Shown here in pieces: positions 9,701-19,570 of a stretch of DNA of 64,000 nt (its first letter is position 1; every line of letters begins with the position of its first letter). The translations under genes were made by a program, and so were the position numbers. A model generated the notes under the pieces. It searched no databases. It saw only the letters and a list, made by a program, of their open reading frames with translations, and was not told the origin of the DNA. This DNA is from an uncultured Microthrixaceae bacterium (GTDB lineage: Bacteria; Actinomycetota; Acidimicrobiia; Acidimicrobiales; VFJN01), in contig CAVSIC010000039.1 of NCBI GenBank assembly GCA_963727905.1, positions 263,663 to 327,662 on the forward strand, in the 5' to 3' direction.

Positions 9701-12700
9701 GCCGTCTGCCCGACGTCGTCGCGAATCCGGTAGCGGACGACGACCTTGTCGCCTGGCTTCGCGGAGTCCGACACCCGGACGAGGATGACACCGGTCCCCG
9801 GCCGGACCTCACGAACCTCACGGACGCCTTCGCGGAGCTCCGGAGCGTCGACCAGCTCGATGTCGTCGCCGTCGGGGTCGTTGTCGTTGGCCACCACGTT
9901 GGCCTCGAGGGTCTTGCCCGGGACCGCGGTGAGGTGGTCGGTGACGGCCACCGGCGGGCTGTTGGTGTTGCTCGGCACCACGGCGATCCGGACGATGCCG
10001 CGGCCCTCCAGGCCCTCGGGGTCGCGGACCGTGTAGGCGAACTCGTCGGAGCCCACCGTGGAGGGCACGTACCAGAGGGTGTTGGGCGCCACCTGGATGT
10101 CCTCGCCCTCGCGCAGCCCCCGTTCGTAGGTCAGGTGCTCACGCCGCGCATCGAGCACGAACCCCCTGTCGTCGATCGCAGGGAGCGTCCCGTGCTGCGG
10201 GGCGCTGGCGACGCCGACGAGCGACACCACGTCGCCGTCCGGATCCGCCCCCACCACCGGGATCTGCACCGGGATCGGCCGCCCCACCGACGTCCGCACC
10301 TCAAGGACCGGCGGCAGCGGTGCCTGGTTGTCGCGCGCCACCACGCTGACGTGGACCTCGGCCCCGCCGCGGTTCCCGCGGGTGTCGATCGTGGTGTAGC
10401 CGACGTCGAAGCTGACCGGCGTCTCCGGGGCGACGATGCGGACGACGTCGCCCTGGACGAAGGCCGTGCCCTCCGGGCACGGGTCACCCTGGCGGGTCCG
10501 GCACGGGAGATCCCCGACCGCGCCCCCGCGGCGGCGTCCGCGCTCGGCGGGGCGAGGATCAGCGGCCCGCCCTCGGGGTCGAGGTCGTTGTCGAGCACCC
10601 GAACCGCGGCCACCCGACCGGGGCGGATCACGAGCTCATCGTCGGCGGCGATGGGCGGTTGGTCCTGGGCCCGGTCGATCCCTCGCACCACGACCGCACC
10701 GAGCACCGGCGCCGTCGTGCCATCGGTGACGTCGTACCGGAACACCAGCGGTTCGTCGCGCGGGATGGCGCGCCGGGCGGTGACCCGGAGGTACTGCCGC
10801 TTGAGGACCTCGACCTCGACGCCCGCCGCCCGTAGGACCTCGCGCGAGCCGGGGTCGACCCCCGTCACGGCAAGCACGTCGCCGTCAGGATCGGAGTCGT
10901 TGGAGAGCACCGGGATCACGACCGGCACGTCGACGGCGACCGCCGCGTTGTCGCGCGCCGCGGTCGGGGATCGACCCTCACCGGCCGACACGATCAACCG
11001 GATCGTCCCCTCCCCAGAGGCGCCAGTGTCCTCGTCGACGGCGGTGTACTTCACGCTGTAGGTCCCCGGCTGCGCGGCGACGAACCGCACCTCCTCGTTC
11101 GACCGGTCGCGGACCTGGAGGGAGCCGGCGTTCGAGCCCTCGGCCGTCACGGAGGCGACGCGAAGCGTCCCGGACGGCGACAGGTCGTTGCCCAGCGGTC
11201 GCACGGTGAGCTGCTGGTCCGCCTGGCCCAATGCGACGTCGTCGCGAGCGACGACCACGGCCTTGTCCTCGACCGTGAGGATGAGCTGACCCGTGGCCTC
11301 GGCACCGAGGTCATCGACGATCTTGTAGTTGACGGTCTTGGGGCCGAGGTCGAGCCCCGCCCGGACCGTGATGATGCCGTCGGGCCGGTGCTGCGGGGTC
11401 GAGAGGGTGCCGTCGTCCGTGGTCGCGTCGACCAGGGAGAGCCCGTCGCCGTCCTCGTCCTGGTCGTTGGCGAGCACGTTCACGACCGCCGTGCCGTTCT
11501 TCGAGATGGTGATCCGGTCCTCGACGGCCCGCGGCACCCGGTTCTCGCCATCGAGCTTCAGGATCGTGACGGTGACCTCTCCCGTCGCTGTCCGCTCGGT
11601 CCCGTCGCTCACGGTGTACGTGAAGCTGCGGGTCGGCGGCCCGGACGGGCCGGGGTCGAACTCGATGCTCTGGCCGTTGAGCCCGACGGAGGCCGTGCCG
11701 GCGGAGGGCTGGCTCACCTCCCTGACGTAGATCGCGCCGGGCGCGGAGGCCAGCGCCGGGATGCTCCGCGGTCGGCCCTCGCGGGCGGAGATGTTGATGG
11801 GGTTGGCCTTCAGGTCCTTGTTGGAGTCCGCCGTGGTCGTGCGCTTCTCCCCCTCCTCGGGGTTCTCCGCCTGCTCCTCCGGTCGGACGGTCAGTGCGTC
11901 GATCCAGGCCTTGTCCACCGACTTCGGCGGCTTGCTGTCCATGATGAGCGCGGCACCATTGCCCAGGTCGTTGAGGGTGATCCGGTCGTGGTTGACCCGG
12001 AACTTGAGCCGGCCCCCGCTACCGAACGAGCTCGGCACCGGGTCTTGCCGGTCGCACGCACCGACGGCCCGGCCGGGCTTCTCCCACGCGCCGTAGCTAC
12101 AGCCCTTGAGCCGCACCGGCTCGATGGGCGACTTCGCCTCGTCTTGCACGTAGGCCCAGTCGGCGTCCCCACCACCGAGCGGCACGTTCACCAGCCCGCC
12201 GTCGGTCGCCACGGCCACCGTGTCGGCGTCGCCCGCGGGCTGCTGGAGGATCGCGTCCTCGCCGAAGGCCCCGAGGTCGACGCTCCGACCCCCCACGACG
12301 AGCAAGCGGCGGGTGGTCCGGTCGAGCACCACCGACCTCGACCCCGCGGCCGTGATGCTGAGCTCGGCGGCGGGATCCACGTCGATCTTGCGATCGCTGC
12401 GCTTCGACCCGTCCGCGTCGTAGGTCCGCACGTGGTCTCCATCGACGACGTGCACGGTCCCGTCCGTGCCCACCGCCATCCGGGCTGCCTCGGACACCTC
12501 GCCCGCGGGCTTGCCCTCGAATCCACCGGACTGGAAGCCATTGGCGGGGACGACGTGCAGGGCTCGTGACTCCGGGTCGAGGAGCGCGAGCGTGCCTCCG
12601 CCGAGACCGATGTCGACGCCCTCGCCACTGGGGAGGGCGGCCTTGACCGGCGGGCGGGACGGATCAGCGACGTCGACGCTCGTGAGACTGCCGGCGCCTC

Positions 12701-12977
12701 GAACGAACACGGTTCGGCCCGCCTGCAGGATGTCGGGGCCCTGCTCGACGTCGAGCTTGGTGTCGACCTGCCCGACCTCCATGTTGAGACGACCGACGCT
12801 CGAGGTCGTCGGCCCGCCCGTGGCCGAGAGCGTGGTCTTGGTGATCCAGATGCCCGCGTCGTTCAGGTCGACCTTGGTCTGGCGGTAGCCGTCCGAGGTC
12901 AGGACGACGATCGCGCCGGCGACCACGGCGAAGGCGATGACGACACATGAGAGCGCTCGCCGCGCACCGCCACTCAT
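6793..12977 (-). CDS. Giant surface adhesin (N-terminal anchor, propeller-like region, tandem Ig-like Big_9/cadherin-like repeats, 5 FN3 domains, Cys-rich tip); split by a frameshift near 10525
   Basis: ORF 10131..13037 (start ATG 12977) and ORF 6793..10344 join across a G5 run at 10523-10527; repeated PxAxDD..VLxNDxDPDGD units; FN3 patterns (WSAP..YEV..LKNGTTYHFEVRA). Confidence 0.85.
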
Positions 12978-13064
12978 CCGTCCACGTCCCGCCCGCACAT
13001 CTCGGCCACCCTCGCAGCACGGCGACGCGCGCTGCAACGGGGAGCACTCCCCCGAAAAGAGCCG

Positions 13065-14087
13065 TCAGTCTCGCACAAGGCGGGCCCAGCGATCACCGAA
13101 TCGCACCGTGCAGCCAGGGGTGACCGGGTACCGCCGGCCGGGGTGCACGTTGGTCGATCTCCCGTCCGGCAGCTCGAGCGACGTGCCGTTGGTCGAGGAG
13201 AGGTCCTCGAGCCACACGCCATCCGGCTCGACCAGGACGCGGAAGTGGCTCTTGGAGATCGTCCGCTCCCGGTCGTCCACCGGGATCGGGGTCCCCAGGG
13301 ACGGATCGGGGTGCCGCCCCACGACGATGGAGGCCGCGACCCGGTGGCGATCACCGGTGTCGAGCTCGAGCACGACCCGGGTCGTGGGCGCCGGGGCGGC
13401 GGGACCGCGCCGCGCCGCCCGGTAGGTCTGGTCGTCTACGGGGGTGACCGGCCCATCGTCGACCCGCTGCCTCGTGCCGTCATCCACCCGCTGCCGGGTT
13501 CCCTCGTCCACCGGCGGCGGGAGGTGACGGAGAGCCGGCCGGGTCGGACCGTCGACCACGAGAGGTGGTGATGCAACCGCACCGGGTGCCCCAGGGCTGG
13601 CGGAGGTCGCCCGGTGCCAGCGGCTGGCCCCCAGATCCGACCGCAGGCGGGCCATCGCGGCAGCCGGGACCGTGCCGACGACGGTGACCCGGGCGCCGGT
13701 GGGCGACTCCTCGATCGACACGTAGCACTCCTCTGTCCGGCGGAACAGCAGCGACGGGAGCGCAACCCCGAGGGTGACCACCGAAGCCAGACCCCCGCCC
13801 ACCGTCACCTGAAGCGGCCGCACGGCGCGTGCGTACCGGTAGCGCCCAGGGCCCACGGTCGCCTGGGCGCAGCCCGCGTCAACCAGGACCCCTGCGACGC
13901 GCGACTCCGTCTCCGACGCCGCCGGGCCTCGCACGGTGAACGTCTCCCGCACCCGGATGCCGCGCTCCCGACGGGCCCGCTCCCGCAAGTCGTCGGCTCG
14001 GCCTCGGAGCGCCGTTACCCCCGACCGCGCTGAGGCCAGAGCGCTCCGCCCGCGCTCCGTCGTCCCTGCCGCCCGCACTGCGCTCAT
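13065..14087 (-). CDS. Membrane-associated FHA domain protein
   Basis: C-terminal FHA VGRHP..ISKSH..DLSSTNG; hydrophobic hairpin in the N-terminal part; ATG overlaps the kinase stop. Confidence 0.8.
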   Translation of the reverse strand: MSAVRAAGTTERGRSALASARSGVTALRGRADDLRERARRERGIRVRETFTVRGPAASETESRVAGVLVDAGCAQATVGPGRYRYARAVRPLQVTVGGGLASVVTLGVALPSLLFRRTEECYVSIEESPTGARVTVVGTVPAAAMARLRSDLGASRWHRATSASPGAPGAVASPPLVVDGPTRPALRHLPPPVDEGTRQRVDDGTRQRVDDGPVTPVDDQTYRAARRGPAAPAPTTRVVLELDTGDRHRVAASIVVGRHPDPSLGTPIPVDDRERTISKSHFRVLVEPDGVWLEDLSSTNGTSLELPDGRSTNVHPGRRYPVTPGCTVRFGDRWARLVRD

Positions 14088-15631
14088 CAGCCCTCCCCGC
14101 TCAGACACCGTCGCGCTGGCGACGGACGTAGGTACCCCTCCAGGAACGCCTCCACCTCGGCGCACTGGAGCGACTCGTCGTGGACGACCAGCTCGCGGTC
14201 CCCGGTGACCTCCTCGTGCTCGCCGACATCGTCGGTGTAGGTCACGTGGTATTGGGTCCCTGCCGGGTTGGCCGAATCCGCCCAGGCCACCCGGACGACG
14301 GTCCCCTCCCGGGTGAGGGTCACGTCGGAGACCGGCTCGAGCACTGCGCTCAGCTGGTTCGTGCCCGTCGTGGACGTCGTGTCGTCACCCGTCGGGTCCT
14401 CGCTGCCCCCCAGGATCGAGGCGGCGGCGACGGCGACGACCGCCGCGATCACGAGCACTCCGGCAACGATGCGGGTCTTCGACGATGTCGAGGACGGAGC
14501 GACGGTCGCCTCGGCCGGCTCGGGCGCCTGGGCGCGTCGCCGGCCCGCCGTCTGGGTCTGGAGCTCGAGCCCGTCCGGGAGGTGGGCCCCTCGGGTGCCG
14601 GTGTGGGCGTCGGGCACGTCGAAGCGCTCGACGCTTGGCTCGAACGGGGCCGCCGAGGGCCGGGGCTGGCTCGTCGACCGATCCGGGGACACGACCTGGA
14701 TCTGGGCACGCGTGCCGTCGGGATCGTCCGTCTGACGGGGCTTGGCGTCGCCCTCGGTCCCGATCGTGCCGTCGAAGAAGTCCGTCGGGCGGTAGCCGAG
14801 GCTGCGCTCCACCTCCTGGATCGCCCGGGCCAGCGCCGCGGCTGACTGGGGGCGCGACCGCGGCTGGCGGGCGAGCGCGTACTGGAGGAGCGCCTCGAGG
14901 CCGTCGGGCACGCCGGGCTTGCCCGTGGACGGCGGGGTGGACGCCCGCATCCGGCTGAGGAGGCCCTCCTGGCTGTTGTCCCCGCCTCGAACCTCGTAGG
15001 GGCTCCGGCCGGCGACCAGCGCGTACAGGGTGGCGCCCAGGGAGTACAGGTCGGAGGTCTCGTCACCGGGGGCGTCCGAGAACAGCACCTCCGGCGCCGC
15101 GTACGGCACGGACACGCCGGCGCCCTCGTCGAGCTCCGACCCGCGACGCTCCCCCGCGATGCCGAAGTCGATCAGCACGGGCTCCTTGCTGGCCCGCACG
15201 AGGATGTTCGCCGGCTTGATGTCCCGATGGAGGATCCCGGAACGGTGGGCGGCGGCGACCGCTCCGCACACCTTGACGCCGATCCGGAGCGCCTCGTCGA
15301 CAGGCAGGCCGTTCGGACGGCAGCGCTGGCCCAGGTGCGGCGGCGGGCAGTACTCCATCACCATGTAGGCGCGGCCGTCGTCGCTCACGCTCGCCGCCGA
15401 GATGCGGACGATGTTCGGGTGCTCCCCGAGACCGGCAAGCCGGTTGGCCTCGTTGATGAAGTCCTGTTCGAGCGTGGCGCTGCGCTGGCGCAGGACCTTC
15501 ACCGCCACGCGCTGGCGGGGGAACTCCTGCTCGTAGAGGTACACGTCGGCGAAGCCGCCGCTGGCGAGGAACTCCTGGAACGCCAGGTTCGGCAGCCGAG
15601 GCGGCGGGGCGGGATCGCGGAGACCAGGCAC
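14087..15631 (-). CDS. Hanks-type Ser/Thr protein kinase, transmembrane
   Basis: ASGGFADVY, VAVK, HRDIKPANIL, DFG, YAAPE; TM helix followed by a small extracellular domain. Confidence 0.93.
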   Translation of the reverse strand: MPGLRDPAPPPRLPNLAFQEFLASGGFADVYLYEQEFPRQRVAVKVLRQRSATLEQDFINEANRLAGLGEHPNIVRISAASVSDDGRAYMVMEYCPPPHLGQRCRPNGLPVDEALRIGVKVCGAVAAAHRSGILHRDIKPANILVRASKEPVLIDFGIAGERRGSELDEGAGVSVPYAAPEVLFSDAPGDETSDLYSLGATLYALVAGRSPYEVRGGDNSQEGLLSRMRASTPPSTGKPGVPDGLEALLQYALARQPRSRPQSAAALARAIQEVERSLGYRPTDFFDGTIGTEGDAKPRQTDDPDGTRAQIQVVSPDRSTSQPRPSAAPFEPSVERFDVPDAHTGTRGAHLPDGLELQTQTAGRRRAQAPEPAEATVAPSSTSSKTRIVAGVLVIAAVVAVAAASILGGSEDPTGDDTTSTTGTNQLSAVLEPVSDVTLTREGTVVRVAWADSANPAGTQYHVTYTDDVGEHEEVTGDRELVVHDESLQCAEVEAFLEGYLRPSPARRCLSGEG

Positions 15632-15633
15632 GG

Positions 15634-17010
15634 TCAGCCCACCGGCGGGGCGAGATCGAAGGTGACGGAGCCGCCCAGCACCACGCGCACGCCCGGGGCG
15701 ATCACGTGCGGCTCGTGGGCCCGGAGCCGGATCGGGTCCTCGCCGGGGGCCTCCACCACGGTCCCGTTGGTCGAACCGAGGTCGGTGACCGCGATCTGCC
15801 AGTCCTCAACGGTCAGCTCGACGTGCGAGCGGGACACCGACGACTCGGGGTCGTCCACGGCCACCAGCCCGAAGTCGGAGGTGCGATCGGTGGCGGACGG
15901 GCGGCGGCCGATCAACAGCGAGCGGTCGAGCTCGACCGACTTCCCGCTGTCGAAGCGGAGGACGCTGAGCACCGGCCGCGGCGCCCACACCACCGACCGG
16001 TCGACGATGGCAGACCCGCACACCCGGCACGCAGCCGCGGCGGGGTGGCTCAGGTGCCCGAGCGGGCACGACACCGCCTGCACCTGCGGTCCGCTCGCCG
16101 GCTCGTCCGGTGCCCCGGAGGCGGTCGGCGCAGGCGCGTCAGGCGCCGGGGAAGACCACGCTGGCGGAGGCTCGGATACGGGAGCGACGGGAGCGCTCGG
16201 GGCGGCGGGGAGCGACGGGCCCCCCACGAGCGGCGGGGGCGTCCAGGTCCCGGGCGCGGACGGAGGCGGATCAGCGAACCCGCTCGAAGGCGCCGGCGTC
16301 GGAGCGGGCGGCGAGGCCTCCCAAGCCGGCTCGGGCACCGCCACCGAGCCGAAGTCGTCCTCCGGCTCGACGGCCGCGGTCTCCCGCACGGCCGCCGCCT
16401 CCACGCCGCGGTGCTGCGTGCCCTCGACCAGGTGGGCGAAGTCGAACTCGCCGGTCGGGGGGCCGTCGAGCCGTGGAGGCGGGTCCCACGACGGAACCGG
16501 CGCGGGCGCCGGCGCCACCCGCGCGGCAGGGACCGCCGGCACCTCGAAGCTCGGCTCCGGGTCGCGGAAGGCCTGCGTCCCGAGGTGCTCCGCGGCCGCA
16601 GCGACCGGCTCGGGTCCGAGGAAGAACGTGATCCGGACGTCTCCGCCGGGGCCTGGGCACCCCAGCTCGACCTCGGAGGGCGCGTCCACGACGAGCTCGC
16701 GCAACGTGGGGCCCGTGCCCTCCAGCCGATGGCTCTGCCCGTCCGTCGCCGTGATCGAGGCCCAGGCGCCGCCGCGAGCCAGGGCTCGCACGCCGTCCGG
16801 ATCCACGCGCACGTAGCCAGAGAACGCCGCGTCACCGCAGCCGAGCGCGAGCTCCGCGATGGACGGGCCGGCAGGCCCCCCGGTGCGCACGGCGCGCCCG
16901 AGCGCGCTGGCGACGGCCGCGTCGTGCCCGGCGCCCAGGAGCACGGCCGCATCCGGGCCCACGAGGGTCACCGGTCCATCGGCCATCCGCCCGTGCGGCA
17001 GCCCGCTCAT
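15634..17010 (-). CDS. FHA domain protein with Zn-ribbon and Pro-rich linker
   Basis: CPLGH..CRVCG; FHA IGRRP..VSRSH..DLGSTNG. Confidence 0.85.
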   Translation of the reverse strand: MSGLPHGRMADGPVTLVGPDAAVLLGAGHDAAVASALGRAVRTGGPAGPSIAELALGCGDAAFSGYVRVDPDGVRALARGGAWASITATDGQSHRLEGTGPTLRELVVDAPSEVELGCPGPGGDVRITFFLGPEPVAAAAEHLGTQAFRDPEPSFEVPAVPAARVAPAPAPVPSWDPPPRLDGPPTGEFDFAHLVEGTQHRGVEAAAVRETAAVEPEDDFGSVAVPEPAWEASPPAPTPAPSSGFADPPPSAPGTWTPPPLVGGPSLPAAPSAPVAPVSEPPPAWSSPAPDAPAPTASGAPDEPASGPQVQAVSCPLGHLSHPAAAACRVCGSAIVDRSVVWAPRPVLSVLRFDSGKSVELDRSLLIGRRPSATDRTSDFGLVAVDDPESSVSRSHVELTVEDWQIAVTDLGSTNGTVVEAPGEDPIRLRAHEPHVIAPGVRVVLGGSVTFDLAPPVG

Positions 17011-17073
17011 CCCCAGGTGCTCCGCCGCACGGCAGCACAGTAGCCGTCACCGTGCGTGGCCGATCCGAGCCGT

Positions 17074-17838
17074 TCAGCCGTCATCGTCGGCCGGCTCGCC
17101 GTCGAGGAGCGCGAGGTCCTCGTGGGTGACGAGCCGGACGGCGATGGCGTACTCGACGAGGCGGCCGCGCCGGTCCGACGCAAGCCGGTCCGGCCCGCCG
17201 TGGAGCCCTCGAACGCCCGCCTTCGTCAGCTTCTGGCACACGTTGTCGAGCTTGCGGTTGAACTTCGTGAGGGCCCAGCCGAGACGGGCGGCGGCCTCGG
17301 CCGACGTCGGCACGTGGGCTCGGCCGCTCGAGTGCGGCAGGAGGGCCGGCTCGGCGAGGGCGACCACGAGGAGCTTCTGCTCGGTCGTCAGCATCACCCG
17401 CCCGAGCGTCGTGTCGCCGGCCTCCGAGGCGGCGTCGATGCCCGGGCTGAACGGGGCCTGCTCGAGGTGGAGCACCAGCTCGTAGGCGGTGGGCCCGGCG
17501 GTGAACCGCACGTGCATCACCTCGAAGATGATCGGCAGGTGCGCGCCGGGCGCGAGCCAGCCCTGGAACAGCCCGGTGCCTTCCGACGTGGTGGCGGAGA
17601 GCTGCGTCCCAAGGTTGGCGAGCCACCACATGCCGTCGTGGTGCCGGACCTCGAGGAACCGCCGGTGGAGGTACGGATTGTCGTCGACGACCAGATCCGC
17701 GTCGCGGCCGATGGTGAACGGCTCGTCCCGCGACAGCTCGAACCACTCGCCGCAGAACTCGAGGCGGAGGGACGACCGGACCTCGACCGGGAGGTCGTCG
17801 CCCACGATCACCTCGTCCAGGTCGGTGTCGTCACTCAT
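17074..17838 (-). CDS. Degenerate FHA + C-terminal HTH-like protein (putative regulator)
   Basis: Starts MSDDTDL overlapping the PP2C stop; FTIGRDADLVVDDNPYLHRRF (FHA-like); PTSAEAAARLGWALTKFNRKLDNVCQKL (HTH-like). Confidence 0.7.
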   Translation of the reverse strand: MSDDTDLDEVIVGDDLPVEVRSSLRLEFCGEWFELSRDEPFTIGRDADLVVDDNPYLHRRFLEVRHHDGMWWLANLGTQLSATTSEGTGLFQGWLAPGAHLPIIFEVMHVRFTAGPTAYELVLHLEQAPFSPGIDAASEAGDTTLGRVMLTTEQKLLVVALAEPALLPHSSGRAHVPTSAEAAARLGWALTKFNRKLDNVCQKLTKAGVRGLHGGPDRLASDRRGRLVEYAIAVRLVTHEDLALLDGEPADDDG

Positions 17839-18653
17839 CCGTCGCCCTCCCGGGGATTGGTGTCCTCGTCCGCCGCGCCGATCGGGGCGATGCCTCGCGG
17901 GTTCGTGTCCTCGGCCGCGCCATCGAGGTCGGCCGAGCCCTCGATCGTGGCGACGACCACCGAGACGTTGTCGTGAGCACCGGCCTCGAGCGCGAGCGCG
18001 ACCAGCGCGTCCGCCTTCTCCTGCGGAGATCCGTCGGAGGCGAGGACGCCGCGGAGGACGTCGTCGCGCAGCTCGTCGGTGAGCCCGTCGGAGCACATGA
18101 GGTACGTGGTGCCCGTGGCGGGGTCGTCGGTCCACAGGTCCACCTCGAGCGGGCCCTCCATGCCGAGCCCGCGCGTCACCACGTTGCGCGACGGGTGGGA
18201 GAACGCGTCGTCGGCGGTGATCTCCCCGTCGCGCACCATCTCGGCGACCAGCGAGTGGTCGACGGTCACCTGGGTGAGGTCGGACCCCTTGGCGCGATAG
18301 GTCCGGGAGTCGCCGACGTTGAAGATCATCACGACGTCCTGCCCGTGCTGGCACCCGAGGACCAGCCCCGTGACCGTGGTGCCCATCCCCTCCCTGCCGG
18401 ACCCCGGCTCGGCGTCCTGGAGGATGTCCGCGTTGGCACGGCGCACCGCGTCGACCACCTCGTCGAGGCACGGCGTCCGCTCGATGCCCTCCAGGGCGCG
18501 CACCGCGAGCGCGCTTGCGACCTCGCCGGCCGCATGGCCACCCATGCCGTCCGCCACTGCGAACACCACGGGACCTGCCAGCACCGCGTCCTGGTTCGAG
18601 CGTCGGACGCACCCCACGTGGGTCGCCGAGCCCCATCGGACCTCGATCGCCAA
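17835..18653 (-). CDS. PP2C-family Ser/Thr phosphatase
   Basis: RRSNQD, VADGMGGH, GMGTT, NVGDSR, CSDGL, GAHDNVS. Confidence 0.95.
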   Translation of the reverse strand: MAIEVRWGSATHVGCVRRSNQDAVLAGPVVFAVADGMGGHAAGEVASALAVRALEGIERTPCLDEVVDAVRRANADILQDAEPGSGREGMGTTVTGLVLGCQHGQDVVMIFNVGDSRTYRAKGSDLTQVTVDHSLVAEMVRDGEITADDAFSHPSRNVVTRGLGMEGPLEVDLWTDDPATGTTYLMCSDGLTDELRDDVLRGVLASDGSPQEKADALVALALEAGAHDNVSVVVATIEGSADLDGAAEDTNPRGIAPIGAADEDTNPREGDG

Positions 18654-18800
18654 CCGTCCTCCTCATCCGCCGGCCGTGGAGGGACCCTACGCGCGGCCCG
18701 CACGACGGTCTACGGACGCGACCGGGGAGTTCTCCCCGGTCGCGTCGCCGGGGGACCCCTCCCCATTGTCCGGTTGGTCCGGGTCGGAGATGGTGCCGAC

Positions 18801-19469
18801 GTGCCCAGCACCCTGCGGATCAGCGTCGTAGATACCCCGGACGCGCTGCCCCGTCGGCAACGGGCGCTCGATGAGCTCCGTGGTGTGTCGCTGGCGGACG
18901 CGGCACACCACGGGGCCGTCGGCACACTGCGCCCCGAGGACGCGGACCTCCTGCTCGTCGCGATGGACACCGAGGGCTTCGATCGATGCGGCGGGCTGCT
19001 CGACGTGCCGGCGCTGACCGCGAGCTTCGGTGCGCATCGGGTCGTCGTCCTCGCTGACCACGCCCCGGGCACGGTCGTTCGCCTCCGCGCTCACCACGCC
19101 GGTGCTCGCCACCTGCTCCGCGACGGTGACCTCCGCACGGACACCCTCCGGTCGATCGCCGCCGGCTCGGCGGCCCCACTGGAGCGGCACGACCCGCGTG
19201 GCCTTCGGGCGCTGGGGCTGGGCCCGACGTCGCGCCCCGGAGCGGCGCTCGCCTACGTCGTCGAGCACGAGCTCCAGGACGCCTTCGAGGGGTCGCCCAC
19301 GATCGAGGCGAGCGGCCTGAGCCGTCGGCGCACGATCACGGTCCGGCAACACCTCACCGACGCCGTCGGCATCGAGCCGGTCGAGGGGGGCTCCGGCGCC
19401 GTCCTCGAGCGCTCGCTGCCGGGCTGGCGGCAGATCCACGCCGTGGTCTCCGCGGCGCGGGAAGCGTGA
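18801..19469 (+). CDS. Atypical response-regulator-like protein (degenerate receiver + HTH-like C-terminus)
   Basis: C-terminal part of ORF 17973..19469 from GTG 18801; beta/alpha pattern LRISVVD..DLLLVAMD..VVVLAD..AGARHLL. Confidence 0.5.
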   Translation: MPSTLRISVVDTPDALPRRQRALDELRGVSLADAAHHGAVGTLRPEDADLLLVAMDTEGFDRCGGLLDVPALTASFGAHRVVVLADHAPGTVVRLRAHHAGARHLLRDGDLRTDTLRSIAAGSAAPLERHDPRGLRALGLGPTSRPGAALAYVVEHELQDAFEGSPTIEASGLSRRRTITVRQHLTDAVGIEPVEGGSGAVLERSLPGWRQIHAVVSAAREA

Positions 19470-19570
19470 CGAACGGCACCTCCGCGAAAAGCGCAAGGTC
19501 GGCCCCGTACGGGACCTCCTACTGGCGTCCAGCGGGAACCGCCCGCCGGCAGCACCAAGGAGATCCACTC

